A DNA stretch of 64,000 nucleotides from contig JBOEGF010000043.1 of assembly GCA_050633305.1 (NCBI GenBank), positions 64,001-128,000 of the forward strand, given 5' to 3'. The notes beneath the pieces are model-generated. The model worked only from the letters and a program-made list of their open reading frames with translations, was not told the DNA's origin and did no database searches. This document shows positions 19,638 through 28,934 of this stretch, one piece after another. How positions within the stretch are numbered: position 1 is the stretch's first letter; the number at the start of each line of letters is the position of its first letter. This DNA comes from Nannocystales bacterium. Lineage in GTDB: Bacteria > Myxococcota_A > Polyangia > Nannocystales > Nannocystaceae. The position numbers were made by a program, and so were the translations under genes.

Positions 19638-20185
19638 CCGCCGCTTGCTTCCTCGCCCTCGCACTGCTGTCGCTCGCCCCCTCGTCCAACGAGGGCGTCG
19701 CCACGGACGACACGCTGGGCCGCACCGCGAACACCACCGAGCGTTGGACCGTTGGCGGTGGTGTCGCAGTGGGGCCGCTCGAGCCTTTTCCTCGACTCGG
19801 TCTCTCACTCGTGGCGCACTACCGGTGGCGGTGGCTCCGTATCGGGGCCCATCTTGCGCACTACCCCGGTGCGACTCAAGGCAACGTGACTCGCTCCGCC
19901 ACCCTCATCGAGCCACACGCGCAGTTCTTCGTGATCGATTCGCGCTGGGTCGACTGGTCGTTCGACGTCGGAATCGGTTTGGCCGTGTTCCACGACGACT
20001 ATCTTCAGGTCTACGACGACGTCTCGCGCCTGGCCCCGGGGTTCTCGCTCGGAACCTCGCTTGAGATTCGAGCCTCCCGCGTGTTGCGCCCGTATGTGGG
20101 GGTTCAGACCCATTCGTACTTCACGCCGGACATCGCCGACGACAAGTGGGTCGAGATAACCGCGGGACTTCGGCTCTCGTTCTAG
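19634..20185 (+). CDS. Putative small outer-membrane beta-barrel protein
   Basis: Signal peptide, alternating beta pattern, C-terminal GLRLSF; GTGA overlap. Confidence 0.65.
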   Translation: MTAACFLALALLSLAPSSNEGVATDDTLGRTANTTERWTVGGGVAVGPLEPFPRLGLSLVAHYRWRWLRIGAHLAHYPGATQGNVTRSATLIEPHAQFFVIDSRWVDWSFDVGIGLAVFHDDYLQVYDDVSRLAPGFSLGTSLEIRASRVLRPYVGVQTHSYFTPDIADDKWVEITAGLRLSF

Positions 20186-20203
20186 TCGGGGCGCAAACCG
20201 GGC

Positions 20204-20944
20204 TTAGCCGCGCGCGCGCGCGACCCAGTGCTCGCTTGATCGCGACACCGCTCGACCATCAAACCCGCCGAAGAGCTCCACGTTGGGGAGGCCCGCATCG
20301 GCGAGGTGCGCCTCGAGCTGATGTCGGAGCAGGTATCGTTGCTCGATGCTGCCGTCGATGAACGCGGTGCGTTGTGTGAGCGGGACGTGCCGATAGCTGA
20401 CGTCGATGCGTTGGGTATCTGGGCTCCAGCAGCTGCGCTCGAACACGGTGTAGGGCTGGCCCTCCACATCGATCACGGTCAACTCGGTCCAGTCTTCGTC
20501 GCCCACATCCTCCGGCTCGCAATCGGCGTGAAAACCATCGGCTCGGTAGGCGTCGAGGATGAAGACGCCGTCGGGTTCGAGGTGCGCACGGACCCGAGCG
20601 AAGCAAGCCGCGATGTCCTCATCGTTTAGCATGCAGTAGACGCCCGAGAACGGCAGCAGGATCCTGTCGAACCGCCGCCGAAGTTCAAAGGTGCGCATGT
20701 CTGCGGCATGCAGTTCAACGCTCGGCCCCAGTCGGGTCCGCGCGGCTCGGAGGAGCCCATCGTGCAGGTCGAGACCGGCGCGGTGGGGCACCTCGAGCGC
20801 CCGCAGCACACGGCCATCCCCGCACCCAAGCTCAAGGACCGATGACGCGCCTGCACACTCCTTCGCGTAGAAGGCAAGGTCACCGTCGGTGCCGGTGTGA
20901 AGCGCGGCGTAGAACGAGGCGGGATACGGGGGGAGCGAGGTCAC
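20204..20944 (-). CDS. Class I SAM-dependent methyltransferase
   Basis: VLELGCGDGRV and ADMRTF motifs. Confidence 0.9.
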   Translation of the reverse strand: MTSLPPYPASFYAALHTGTDGDLAFYAKECAGASSVLELGCGDGRVLRALEVPHRAGLDLHDGLLRAARTRLGPSVELHAADMRTFELRRRFDRILLPFSGVYCMLNDEDIAACFARVRAHLEPDGVFILDAYRADGFHADCEPEDVGDEDWTELTVIDVEGQPYTVFERSCWSPDTQRIDVSYRHVPLTQRTAFIDGSIEQRYLLRHQLEAHLADAGLPNVELFGGFDGRAVSRSSEHWVARARG

Positions 20945-21753
20945 TGACAGACCAAGAGCGCGCAGATTCCGAGCACGTTGCCGCCGACTCCCGCTGGGCA
21001 GCAGGTGCCCTGGGGGTTCATCTCGTCAAACAGGCAGATGTCGCCCTGGCCGCCGCAGTTGAGGAACTCGCATTGCGAGGTGTTGTGCGTGCAGCTTGCC
21101 GTACACGAGAGCACCCCGACGTCGAAGCCGATCGAGGCACAGGTCGCGCCTCCGAGCTGGTTGCCATCGCACGCTTCCCCGCCGTTGAGGATGCCGTCGC
21201 CGCAAGTGGGCAGGGCGGTACAGGCGCTGGTGTCGTAGCCGGCACACTCCGCGTCGCACAACAGCGTGCCTCCGCCGAACCCTTGGGACTGGCACGTCTC
21301 GCCGCCGAGGCTGTTGCCGTCGCACAGCTCGCTTGCCGCCAACATGCCGTCGCCGCAGCTGCGGCACCCGTCGGTGACCAGGTTGCATTGCGCGTCGCAG
21401 ATCAGCGTGCCTTGGGCGAATCCGAAATCGCCACACGTCATCGTCCCCAAGTCTTTGCCGTCGCAGCTCTCGGTGCCTTGCGCCACCCCGTCGCCGCAGA
21501 CCGCCTCGCCGGAGGTGGGATCCCCGGTCGAGCCGGGACCGACGCCAGACTCACCGGTGCCGCCTTGACCGCCCGACGTATCGAGAGGATCGGTGTCGTC
21601 GAGCCCCGAGTCGGTGGTGGCCGGCGTTGCGGGCGTGCCTGTTGGGCTGCTGCCACCGAAGCTCGAGCTTCCCTGCTTGGACGTATCTCCGCCCGCGCAA
21701 CCGACGAGCAGTAGCGCGATCGCGGCGCTCACATACGAATACAACCCCCTCAC
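20941..21753 (-). CDS. Cys-rich lipoprotein with CGDG...CDG.xLGGxTC repeats
   Basis: Lipobox LVGC; three repeats; start uncertain. Confidence 0.8.
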   Translation of the reverse strand: MRGLYSYVSAAIALLLVGCAGGDTSKQGSSSFGGSSPTGTPATPATTDSGLDDTDPLDTSGGQGGTGESGVGPGSTGDPTSGEAVCGDGVAQGTESCDGKDLGTMTCGDFGFAQGTLICDAQCNLVTDGCRSCGDGMLAASELCDGNSLGGETCQSQGFGGGTLLCDAECAGYDTSACTALPTCGDGILNGGEACDGNQLGGATCASIGFDVGVLSCTASCTHNTSQCEFLNCGGQGDICLFDEMNPQGTCCPAGVGGNVLGICALLVCQ

Positions 21754-21825
21754 AACTCCGCAACGGTACCATTGTGGGGCGGCGGATGCTGGCGCGGTAC
21801 CAGACGGGCCGGGTATCCTGGGGGC

Positions 21826-22755
21826 GTGATCGGCGAGCGGCACAGACGGAGGGGCGGCTGGCTGTGTGCGCTCGCGCTGCTTGGCTGTGCTGGCGGCGAC
21901 CCCGTGGAGAGCGGCGTGACGGCCGGCCTCGGCCTTGGAGACGCAGGGGAGGGAACGGCAGGTGCGTGGTGGACCGATGGTCCGCCGCCGTCGGGGAGCA
22001 CGACCGGCGGCCTCCTGGGAGGGAGCACCGAGGGCGAAGGCGACGAAGACCCCGGCTTTCCCCCGGACCTTGGGGTTTGCTCTGGACCTGCAGACTGCGT
22101 CATTGAAAACACGACGTGTTTCCTGGAGCAGGGCGCGTGTGTCGACGGGATGTGCCAGTTCGACGCCAAGGCGGCGGGGAGTGGATGCAACGACGTCGAC
22201 CCATGTACCGACGGCGATGTTTGCGACGGATTCGGGTTGTGCGCGGGCACACCCAAGCAGTGTGTCGGGGGAGAGTGCGTCATGGGCGAGTGCACGGTCG
22301 ATGAGTGCGAGGCCGGCACCGCCGACTGCAACGCCGACCCGGCCGACGGCTGCGAGGTCACCCTCGGAAGCGAGACGAACTGCAACAGCTGTGGAGATTC
22401 GTGCGACGCAGGTCCCCATGCATCGGGGTCCTGCGTCTCGCAGAGCTGCGAGTTCGACTGCGACACAGGGTTTGGAAACTGTGACGGAGACTGGGCCAAC
22501 GGATGCGAGATCCCATTGGGGGCCAACCAGTGCGACGCGGGCGGGCTCAACCCCAACGGGTGCTGGACCTCGCACTGCGGAAGCTCGGGCAACGCCGACG
22601 CGGTCAACTTCGGGACTTGGTACTGCTTTGATTGCACCACCTGCAACTCGCCCGCAGCTGGGCAGTGTCAATGGTGCGACCACGCCAGCGGTACATGGTT
22701 CCCCGCCGAAAGCTGCGGCTGCGGGGACTTCGAAGGGCTCGCTTGCTCGCCGTAG
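21826..22755 (+). CDS. Cys-rich lipoprotein (ADCN...DGCE repeats)
   Basis: Lipobox LLGC; very high Cys content; start uncertain. Confidence 0.8.
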   Translation: MIGERHRRRGGWLCALALLGCAGGDPVESGVTAGLGLGDAGEGTAGAWWTDGPPPSGSTTGGLLGGSTEGEGDEDPGFPPDLGVCSGPADCVIENTTCFLEQGACVDGMCQFDAKAAGSGCNDVDPCTDGDVCDGFGLCAGTPKQCVGGECVMGECTVDECEAGTADCNADPADGCEVTLGSETNCNSCGDSCDAGPHASGSCVSQSCEFDCDTGFGNCDGDWANGCEIPLGANQCDAGGLNPNGCWTSHCGSSGNADAVNFGTWYCFDCTTCNSPAAGQCQWCDHASGTWFPAESCGCGDFEGLACSP

Positions 22756-22810
22756 CGTCGCCCCTGAAGCCGGCGCGTCGAGGTCATGAGAGGTGCTCTA
22801 GGGACGCCTC

Positions 22811-23632
22811 CTAGCCTGCGAGGCGACCGATGCTCTGGAGGTAGTCGCGCGCGAGTTGGTCGTTGTCGACCTGGTCGGGGTGAAAGCCTGGGCGTAGGTA
22901 TGAGGCGAGGGCACTCAGTACGAAACGCTTGTTCTGGCCTCGTGCCCGGGCTGCCTTTCGCTCTCGGGCGACCTGGGCCTTGGAGATGTCCTCTTGGGCC
23001 AGGAGCATGGCGGTGGCGCTGCGCCAGAACCCCAACAGCAACGTGACCGCGATGGCGAGGCCAGCAGCCCGCACGGCGTACCGGTCGTCGACCGATTGCA
23101 GGACGTCGTAGGCCACCGACTTGTGCTCGATCTCCTCGGCTGCGTGCCAGCGCAACAAGTCCCGCATGACCGGGTGAGCATGGTCGAGGAACTCGGTCCC
23201 CAAGCCCTGCTCGGCAAGGGTCGCGGTGAAGTGTTCCAGGGCTGCGGTGGTCGACAGGCGCAGGACCGGCGGCACCCGGGGCTCCAGCAAACCGAACGCG
23301 ATGTGGTGGTACCGGTCGAGCCAGGTCCGGATGTCGTAGCCTTGGGACTCGAGCATCTCGAACGCGCGTTCGTGCTCGTGGCCGTGGCTGGACTCTTGCC
23401 CCGCAAACGCTCGGACGCGCGCTCTCAGGGCGGGGTCGTCGATCTGCTTGAGATAGTGGCGGACAGATCGCACGAAGAACTGCTCCCCGGCCGGGAACAC
23501 GAGGTGCAACCCGTTGGCGATGTGGCTGACGACGGCTGAATCGTAGAACCACTTCTTGGGTACGTTGCTGAAATCAAAGCCCATTTTCCGGACGGGAATC
23601 GGGCGGGCCGAGGAAGCGCGATCGTAGGGCAT
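22811..23632 (-). CDS. Predicted metal-dependent hydrolase
   Basis: FPAGEQFF, QESSHGHEH, ALEHFTA and WHAAEEIEHKSVAYD motifs. Confidence 0.92.
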   Translation of the reverse strand: MPYDRASSARPIPVRKMGFDFSNVPKKWFYDSAVVSHIANGLHLVFPAGEQFFVRSVRHYLKQIDDPALRARVRAFAGQESSHGHEHERAFEMLESQGYDIRTWLDRYHHIAFGLLEPRVPPVLRLSTTAALEHFTATLAEQGLGTEFLDHAHPVMRDLLRWHAAEEIEHKSVAYDVLQSVDDRYAVRAAGLAIAVTLLLGFWRSATAMLLAQEDISKAQVARERKAARARGQNKRFVLSALASYLRPGFHPDQVDNDQLARDYLQSIGRLAG

Positions 23633-23636
23633 CGAG

Positions 23637-23691
23637 TTGAATCCTGTTCAACAATGGGCTTAGCACCGCATTGAATCGCGGTCAACAATGG
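23637..23691. promoter_or_regulatory. Tandem putative TetR operators, TTGA-N7-TCAA
   Basis: ttgaatcctgttcaacaatgg (23637) and ttgaatcgcggtcaacaatgg (23671) between the divergent hydrolase and TetR genes. Confidence 0.7.
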
Positions 23692-23704
23692 CCGAGGCTT
23701 TCGT

Positions 23705-24328
23705 GTGTCCGATCCTCGACGTACGCGTCTGCAAACCGATGAGCGCCGCGCCCAACTGCTCACGCTTGGGCTGCGTCTGTTCTCGACTCGCGCCTACGAC
23801 GAGGTCTCGATCGACGCCATCGCCGAGGAGGCGGGCGTGTCGAAGGGGCTGCTGTACCACTACTTCGGCGGCAAGCGGGCCTACTACCTCGCGAGCATTG
23901 AGCACGCGGCGGGGGGCTTGCTCGAGTCGCTGGATGCGGTCCCGCAAGCCTTGGTCGGCCCCGCGCGCGCGCTCGCGATGATCACGGCGTACGTCGACTT
24001 CGTCGAGCACCACGGGGATGCGTACGGGACCCTGCTCAGCGGAGGGGTCGGCTCGGATCCGGAGGTGACCCACCTGATGGCGCGCTCCCGTGAGGAAGTG
24101 GCCGCGCGGATTTTGCAGGGCGTGGGCCTCGAGGCGCCACGCCCGGTGTTCGATCTCGCAGTGCGCCACTACATCGGGGGGGTCGAGGCGATCGTGCTCG
24201 ATTGGCATGATCGGCGCCAGCTGCCCCGAGACGTGCTCCTACAGTTCTTGGTGCAGCAAGTGCGCGCAACCCTCGAGGTGGCTCTCGCGCTGGACCCGGA
24301 CGCCGAAGTCAACCTCGACGGCCCCTGA
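23705..24328 (+). CDS. TetR/AcrR-family regulator
   Basis: VSIDAIAEEAGVSKGLLYHYF HTH. Confidence 0.93.
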   Translation: MSDPRRTRLQTDERRAQLLTLGLRLFSTRAYDEVSIDAIAEEAGVSKGLLYHYFGGKRAYYLASIEHAAGGLLESLDAVPQALVGPARALAMITAYVDFVEHHGDAYGTLLSGGVGSDPEVTHLMARSREEVAARILQGVGLEAPRPVFDLAVRHYIGGVEAIVLDWHDRRQLPRDVLLQFLVQQVRATLEVALALDPDAEVNLDGP

Positions 24329-24438
24329 GCTGCGGCGCATTCCCCTTGGGTTGCGTGCCCGAAGGCGGTACATCGCCCGTCACCGGGGCGGTCGGGTCCG
24401 TACGAACCGCTCCCGTCCCCCCGACCTGAGAGAATCCG

Positions 24439-25080
24439 ATGACCGAGCCCACGAACATGGTGAACCTGATCGAGCATCCGCTGATCCTGCACAAGCTGTC
24501 GATCATGCGGTCGAAGCAGACGTCCACGCAGGGGTTCCGCCAGCTGCTCGAGGAGATTTCGATGCTGCTGGGTTACGAGATCACGCGCGACCTCCCCGTC
24601 GAGATGCAGGAGATCGAGACGCCTTTGGCCAAGATGCGGGCGCCGATGCTGCAGGGCAAGAAGATCGTCATCATCTCGGTGCTCCGCGCAGGGACCGGCA
24701 TGCTCGATGGCTTCCTCAAGGTGTTGCCCGCCGCACGGGTTGGACACATTGGGCTGTATCGGGACCCGAAGACGCTCAGCCCGGTCGAGTACTACTTCAA
24801 GGTTCCGCGCGAGATGGAAGACCGGCAGGCGATCGTCGTCGACCCGATGCTCGCCACCGGAAACTCCGCCATCGCGGCGGTGGACCGGGTCAAGCGGACC
24901 GGCCCCAAGTCGGTCAAATTCCTGTGCCTGCTCGCCGCGCCCGAGGGCATCGCGAACTTCCACAAACATCACCCCGACGTGCCGATCTACACCCCTGCGG
25001 TCGACGAACGGTTGGACGAAAAGGGCTACATCATTCCCGGGCTTGGCGACGCGGGCGACCGCATGTTCGGCACCAAGTAG
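24439..25080 (+). CDS. upp: Uracil phosphoribosyltransferase
   Basis: [22 protein letters not shown] and [18 protein letters not shown] motifs. Confidence 0.98.
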   Translation: MTEPTNMVNLIEHPLILHKLSIMRSKQTSTQGFRQLLEEISMLLGYEITRDLPVEMQEIETPLAKMRAPMLQGKKIVIISVLRAGTGMLDGFLKVLPAARVGHIGLYRDPKTLSPVEYYFKVPREMEDRQAIVVDPMLATGNSAIAAVDRVKRTGPKSVKFLCLLAAPEGIANFHKHHPDVPIYTPAVDERLDEKGYIIPGLGDAGDRMFGTK

Positions 25081-25083
25081 TCG

Positions 25084-25950
25084 ATGGAGTTCGATCAGCT
25101 GCGCACGCTCTTGGCCGTCCTCGAGCACGGTGGGTTCACGCGCGCTGCGGACGCGCTCGGGCTCAGCCAGTCCACGGTGAGCTTCCATATCAAGAGCCTC
25201 GAGAAGTCGCTCGGGACGCGGCTGCTCGATCGTGGACGTGATGGCGTGCGGGCGACCGTTCACGGCTCGACGTTGGCGCGCTACGCCGGCCGGATGCTCG
25301 ACTTGCGCCTTCAGGCGGCATCCAGTCTTGGTGCGCTCGATACGGGAGTGGTCGGTCGCATCGATGTCGCCGCCTCGACGATCCCCGGGGAGTACCTCCT
25401 GCCCGACGTGTTGGCGCAGCTCCGTCGTACGCACCCGGGTGTCTCGGTATCTGTGCACGTCGGTGACACCAGTCGCGCTGTGGGAGCGTTGCGCGAAGGC
25501 ATCGTCGACCTCGCGATCACGGGGTCCCCCAGTGCAGACCGGAAGATCGAGGAGACCGCCATCGCGCAGGACAACGTGATCTTGGTGGGCCCGCAACCGC
25601 CCCCACCGGGGTTCGACGGACTCATTGGGGTCCCACTCGTTCTACGGCGCGAGGGCTCGGGGACCCGCGCCGCCGTGGCGGATGTCCTGGCTCGGGCCCT
25701 CGACGGTGGTGAGCCAGGACCCACGGTGGAGGTCGGATCCACGGAAGCGGCCAAGCGCTGTGCGCTTGCGGGACTCGGCTTGGCGTTCGTGTCTCGTCGC
25801 GCGGTGAAGCGCGAGCTGACCGCCGGTGTCCTTCATGTGCATCCGCTGCCTGGGCTCCCCGCGGCGCGTACGTTCTACTTGGCGACGGTGCGGGGGATGA
25901 CGCTCTCCCCCGGTGCCGCTGCGCTTCGCGAACTGCTCACGGGTGCGTGA
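25084..25950 (+). CDS. LysR-family regulator (CysL-like; resembles selenium-metabolism-associated LysRs)
   Basis: N-terminal HTH; ASTIPGEYLLP, REGSGTR and GSTEA.K motifs. Confidence 0.9.
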   Translation: MEFDQLRTLLAVLEHGGFTRAADALGLSQSTVSFHIKSLEKSLGTRLLDRGRDGVRATVHGSTLARYAGRMLDLRLQAASSLGALDTGVVGRIDVAASTIPGEYLLPDVLAQLRRTHPGVSVSVHVGDTSRAVGALREGIVDLAITGSPSADRKIEETAIAQDNVILVGPQPPPPGFDGLIGVPLVLRREGSGTRAAVADVLARALDGGEPGPTVEVGSTEAAKRCALAGLGLAFVSRRAVKRELTAGVLHVHPLPGLPAARTFYLATVRGMTLSPGAAALRELLTGA

Positions 25951-27032
25951 TACGGTCCGCCGTCATGGCGTTCCGCTCGACGCTCCTCGCCGGCATCGTG
26001 GTTCTTGCTGGGTGCTCTTCACCACCCGCTCCGCCTTCACCCAAGGCGACTCCCGTTGCCGCTGAGGCGAAGCCTGGGCCTGAGCCGACGCCACAAACAG
26101 CATCCGCGGCACAAGCCGGAGCCGAGCCCGTGTCTGCGGACGCAGCCGCGAGTCAAGGCTCCGACGGCTGGCCAATCCCGAAGCCCGAGGTCTCGCAAGT
26201 GCCGTTGGTGGAGGACCGGGTCACCGTCGAGGCGACCGGGGCTGAGCCTCGCAGCACGCTGCGCTTCTCGCCCAAGGCTGGAGCGTCGAAGACCGTCGAG
26301 CTTGGGATGTCGATGCAGGTCGCGATGACGGTCGGGAGCAAGGCGATCGACCCCTCGGTGCTGCCCGTCGTAACGGTGCAGATGAAGGTGACGCCCGTGC
26401 CCGGCAAGGAGGGCGCGACCGCGTATGGCTACGAGGTCACCTCGGCTTCGCGTGAACCGATGGAAGGGGCGAGCGAGCGTCTTAAGAAGGCGATGGACAC
26501 CGCGGTCAGCGGGATGCGGGACACGCATGGAAGCCTCACGATCGACAGTCGAGGGCGACGCGTCGCTGCGGAGTACAAGCTCCCCGATGTGCCCACGCCC
26601 AACCTGCGCCCGAGCTTGGCTGGGTTTCAGCAGTCCTTCAGCCAGTTGTTCGTGGTGTTCCCCGAGGACACGGTGGGTGTCGGCGCGCGCTGGTCGAGCA
26701 CCAGCCATTTCGAGCTCAGCGGCATTCCGATCGAGCAGCGGGCGACGTACACGTTGCAGTCCCGGGATGGAGACGCGCTGACGCTCGCGGTGGCCTTCGA
26801 GCAGTCGGCCACGGGTCCCGCCGAGGCGCCCAGCAGCGTGGCGCTCGAGGGCACGCAGTTTGGCGCGCGGGGTTCGGGCATCCTTACGGTGCGGCTCGAC
26901 TCGCCGTTCCCGGTGGGGGCGAAGGCTCAGTCCCGATCGGTCGTGCAGTCCAGCGTTTCGCTCGGTGGGGCTCCCCAGCCGGTTGAGATGGATCTGCTCT
27001 CTTCATTGGCGACAACCGCGCGGGCCGAGTGA
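25947..27032 (+). CDS. Hypothetical lipoprotein (DUF6263-like beta-rich domain)
   Basis: Lipobox LAGC; GAEPR..LRF and FPE..VGVGARW motifs. Confidence 0.75.
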   Translation: MIRSAVMAFRSTLLAGIVVLAGCSSPPAPPSPKATPVAAEAKPGPEPTPQTASAAQAGAEPVSADAAASQGSDGWPIPKPEVSQVPLVEDRVTVEATGAEPRSTLRFSPKAGASKTVELGMSMQVAMTVGSKAIDPSVLPVVTVQMKVTPVPGKEGATAYGYEVTSASREPMEGASERLKKAMDTAVSGMRDTHGSLTIDSRGRRVAAEYKLPDVPTPNLRPSLAGFQQSFSQLFVVFPEDTVGVGARWSSTSHFELSGIPIEQRATYTLQSRDGDALTLAVAFEQSATGPAEAPSSVALEGTQFGARGSGILTVRLDSPFPVGAKAQSRSVVQSSVSLGGAPQPVEMDLLSSLATTARAE

Positions 27033-27204
27033 GCAGGACCCGGGACCGATAGGCTCCCGGGTGCCCCGAGGTGGGATGGTGTGTCCCCTAAAGGGCGGAA
27101 ATGTACTCTGGGACGCCGAAATCGCAGCACAGTGCGGCATTTGGCGCGGTGACACGGGATCCCTGGTCCGATAGTGTGGCGGCGCCGTGCAACGTTCGCG
27201 TTCC

Positions 27205-28233
27205 ATGTCCGTCGTGTTCTCTGGGCTCCGCATGTTCGGCGCGGTCGCGCTCATCGGGGGGTTGGGGAGTGGCGTGCTCGGGTGCAATGGCGAACTCGCG
27301 CAGGCAGAGGCGCGGCCCAAGGTGCTGCGACCCCAGACCGTCGAGCTTTCCGAGGTCCCAGCGCCCGAACCCACGGTCCAGGCCCCGGACACCTACCGGC
27401 TCAAAGAAATGACCAAGACGGCCGTGGTCAAGCCGCTGGTGTCCTATCCGGAGCGGGACTTCGACCTTTCGGAGGTTCGGTGGACGGTGCCCCGAGCCAT
27501 GGGGATTGCGGATCTCGCCTCGCAGTGGGGTTTGTCCGCCAAGATGCTTCGCAAGCTCAACCCGGACTTGCGTGGTCACAAGCGGGTCCGAGAGGGAGAC
27601 GAGCTTCGGGTCTATGCGGAGGACCTCGCCGCGCCCACACGGAGCCTCGGTGCACCCAACCGCGGCAAACTCGAGGGTGGAGTGCCACTCCCCGAGGGCG
27701 ACTCGTGGCGCCTGCGTCAGCGCCGGGTTCGGGTCTACGGCGGCAAGGTCATGGTCGAGAGCCTGATGCAGGCATTCGAGGCCTACGGCGCGGCCTACTC
27801 GAACGCGCCCGAGGTTCGGCTCGGCGATCTCTCGGACCGCAACGGTGGTCGGCTCGCCCCACACAAGTCGCACCGCACGGGCCGCGACGTCGACATCGGC
27901 TACGTCCTGCTTCCCGAGACCCGCGGCGAGCGGTACTGGCAGCGCGCCGACGAGCAGAGCTTCGACGCCGAGAAAAACTGGTTCCTCGTGAAGGCGCTCG
28001 TCGAGACCGGCAACGTCCAGCAGATCTTCATGAGCGTTCGGTTGCAGAAGCTCATCATGCCGCTGGCGGAACGAGAGCTGTCCCCCGATCAAATGGCGCG
28101 CTACTTCCGTCGCGCCAACCCAGACCCGCGTAGCCCGTCCATCATCAAGCACTGGAAGGGCCACCTCGATCACATGCACGTCCGCTTCCGTTGCGAAGAA
28201 GGCAACGCCCGCTGCGTGTCGCGCTCGCGCTAG
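27205..28233 (+). CDS. Penicillin-insensitive murein endopeptidase (MepA-like) with a LysM-like region
   Basis: SLGAPNRGKL, GDLS...GG...HKSHRTGRDVD and HLDHMHVR motifs; LRKLNP LysM-like segment. Confidence 0.88.
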   Translation: MSVVFSGLRMFGAVALIGGLGSGVLGCNGELAQAEARPKVLRPQTVELSEVPAPEPTVQAPDTYRLKEMTKTAVVKPLVSYPERDFDLSEVRWTVPRAMGIADLASQWGLSAKMLRKLNPDLRGHKRVREGDELRVYAEDLAAPTRSLGAPNRGKLEGGVPLPEGDSWRLRQRRVRVYGGKVMVESLMQAFEAYGAAYSNAPEVRLGDLSDRNGGRLAPHKSHRTGRDVDIGYVLLPETRGERYWQRADEQSFDAEKNWFLVKALVETGNVQQIFMSVRLQKLIMPLAERELSPDQMARYFRRANPDPRSPSIIKHWKGHLDHMHVRFRCEEGNARCVSRSR

Positions 28234-28306
28234 ACGAGGCAGGCGCTGAGCGGCATGCCACGGCTGGTCTCGTGTACTGGAGGGCCGCCTCGGTAGCAGA
28301 CCGCCG

Positions 28307-28912
28307 TTAGTATCCGGCGGGGATGGTCCCGTGCAGGAAGCTGATCGTGTTGGGGTGCCACAGCCGGGACCAATGGGCGTCGGATGGCGACTGCGGGCTG
28401 CCGTCCTTGAGTCCTTCACGGGCCGACCAGCGCGGGGTTTGGCCCGGAGCCAAGGTGTGCAGTCCGCTCTGCCAGTGGCCGATGATGAACGTGTGACCCG
28501 CGATGCGGCACTGCATCCGCTCGGTGAAGCGTTGCGCGAATTCCTGACCGGGGACGCAACCCAGCGTTTCGCAGGTTCGAAACCACACCGTTGAGCGGCC
28601 TTGCGGCAGCAGTCGGTCAGCGATGCGGTCGAGCGCGGGGGCCCAGCGGTGATCCGACTTCAGGGCGCCCGCGTCGAACACCTGGCGGTCGACACGAGCG
28701 AGGCCCCACTTGCCGTGACCCCAGTACTGAATCTCGGAGATCGGAGTTTCCCCGCCCACGGTGCCGAGCCAGCGGAACGCATCGTCCCAACTGCTGACCC
28801 CGATCGCGTGGTCGATGCGGCCGAGCGCTCGGTACAAGACCTTGCCCGAACTCCACGCATGCGACAGCCCGGGGCGATAAGGTTTCCCCGTGCAGGTGCG
28901 GTCGTAGACCAT
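28307..28912 (-). CDS. DUF4347-like protein with putative caspase-fold His/Cys motifs
   Basis: EIQYWGHG and VWFRTC motifs; could start at a CTG near 28942 overlapping the upstream stop. Confidence 0.65.
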   Translation of the reverse strand: MVYDRTCTGKPYRPGLSHAWSSGKVLYRALGRIDHAIGVSSWDDAFRWLGTVGGETPISEIQYWGHGKWGLARVDRQVFDAGALKSDHRWAPALDRIADRLLPQGRSTVWFRTCETLGCVPGQEFAQRFTERMQCRIAGHTFIIGHWQSGLHTLAPGQTPRWSAREGLKDGSPQSPSDAHWSRLWHPNTISFLHGTIPAGY

Positions 28913-28934
28913 CAGCCGAAGGCCGTCTGCTGGG

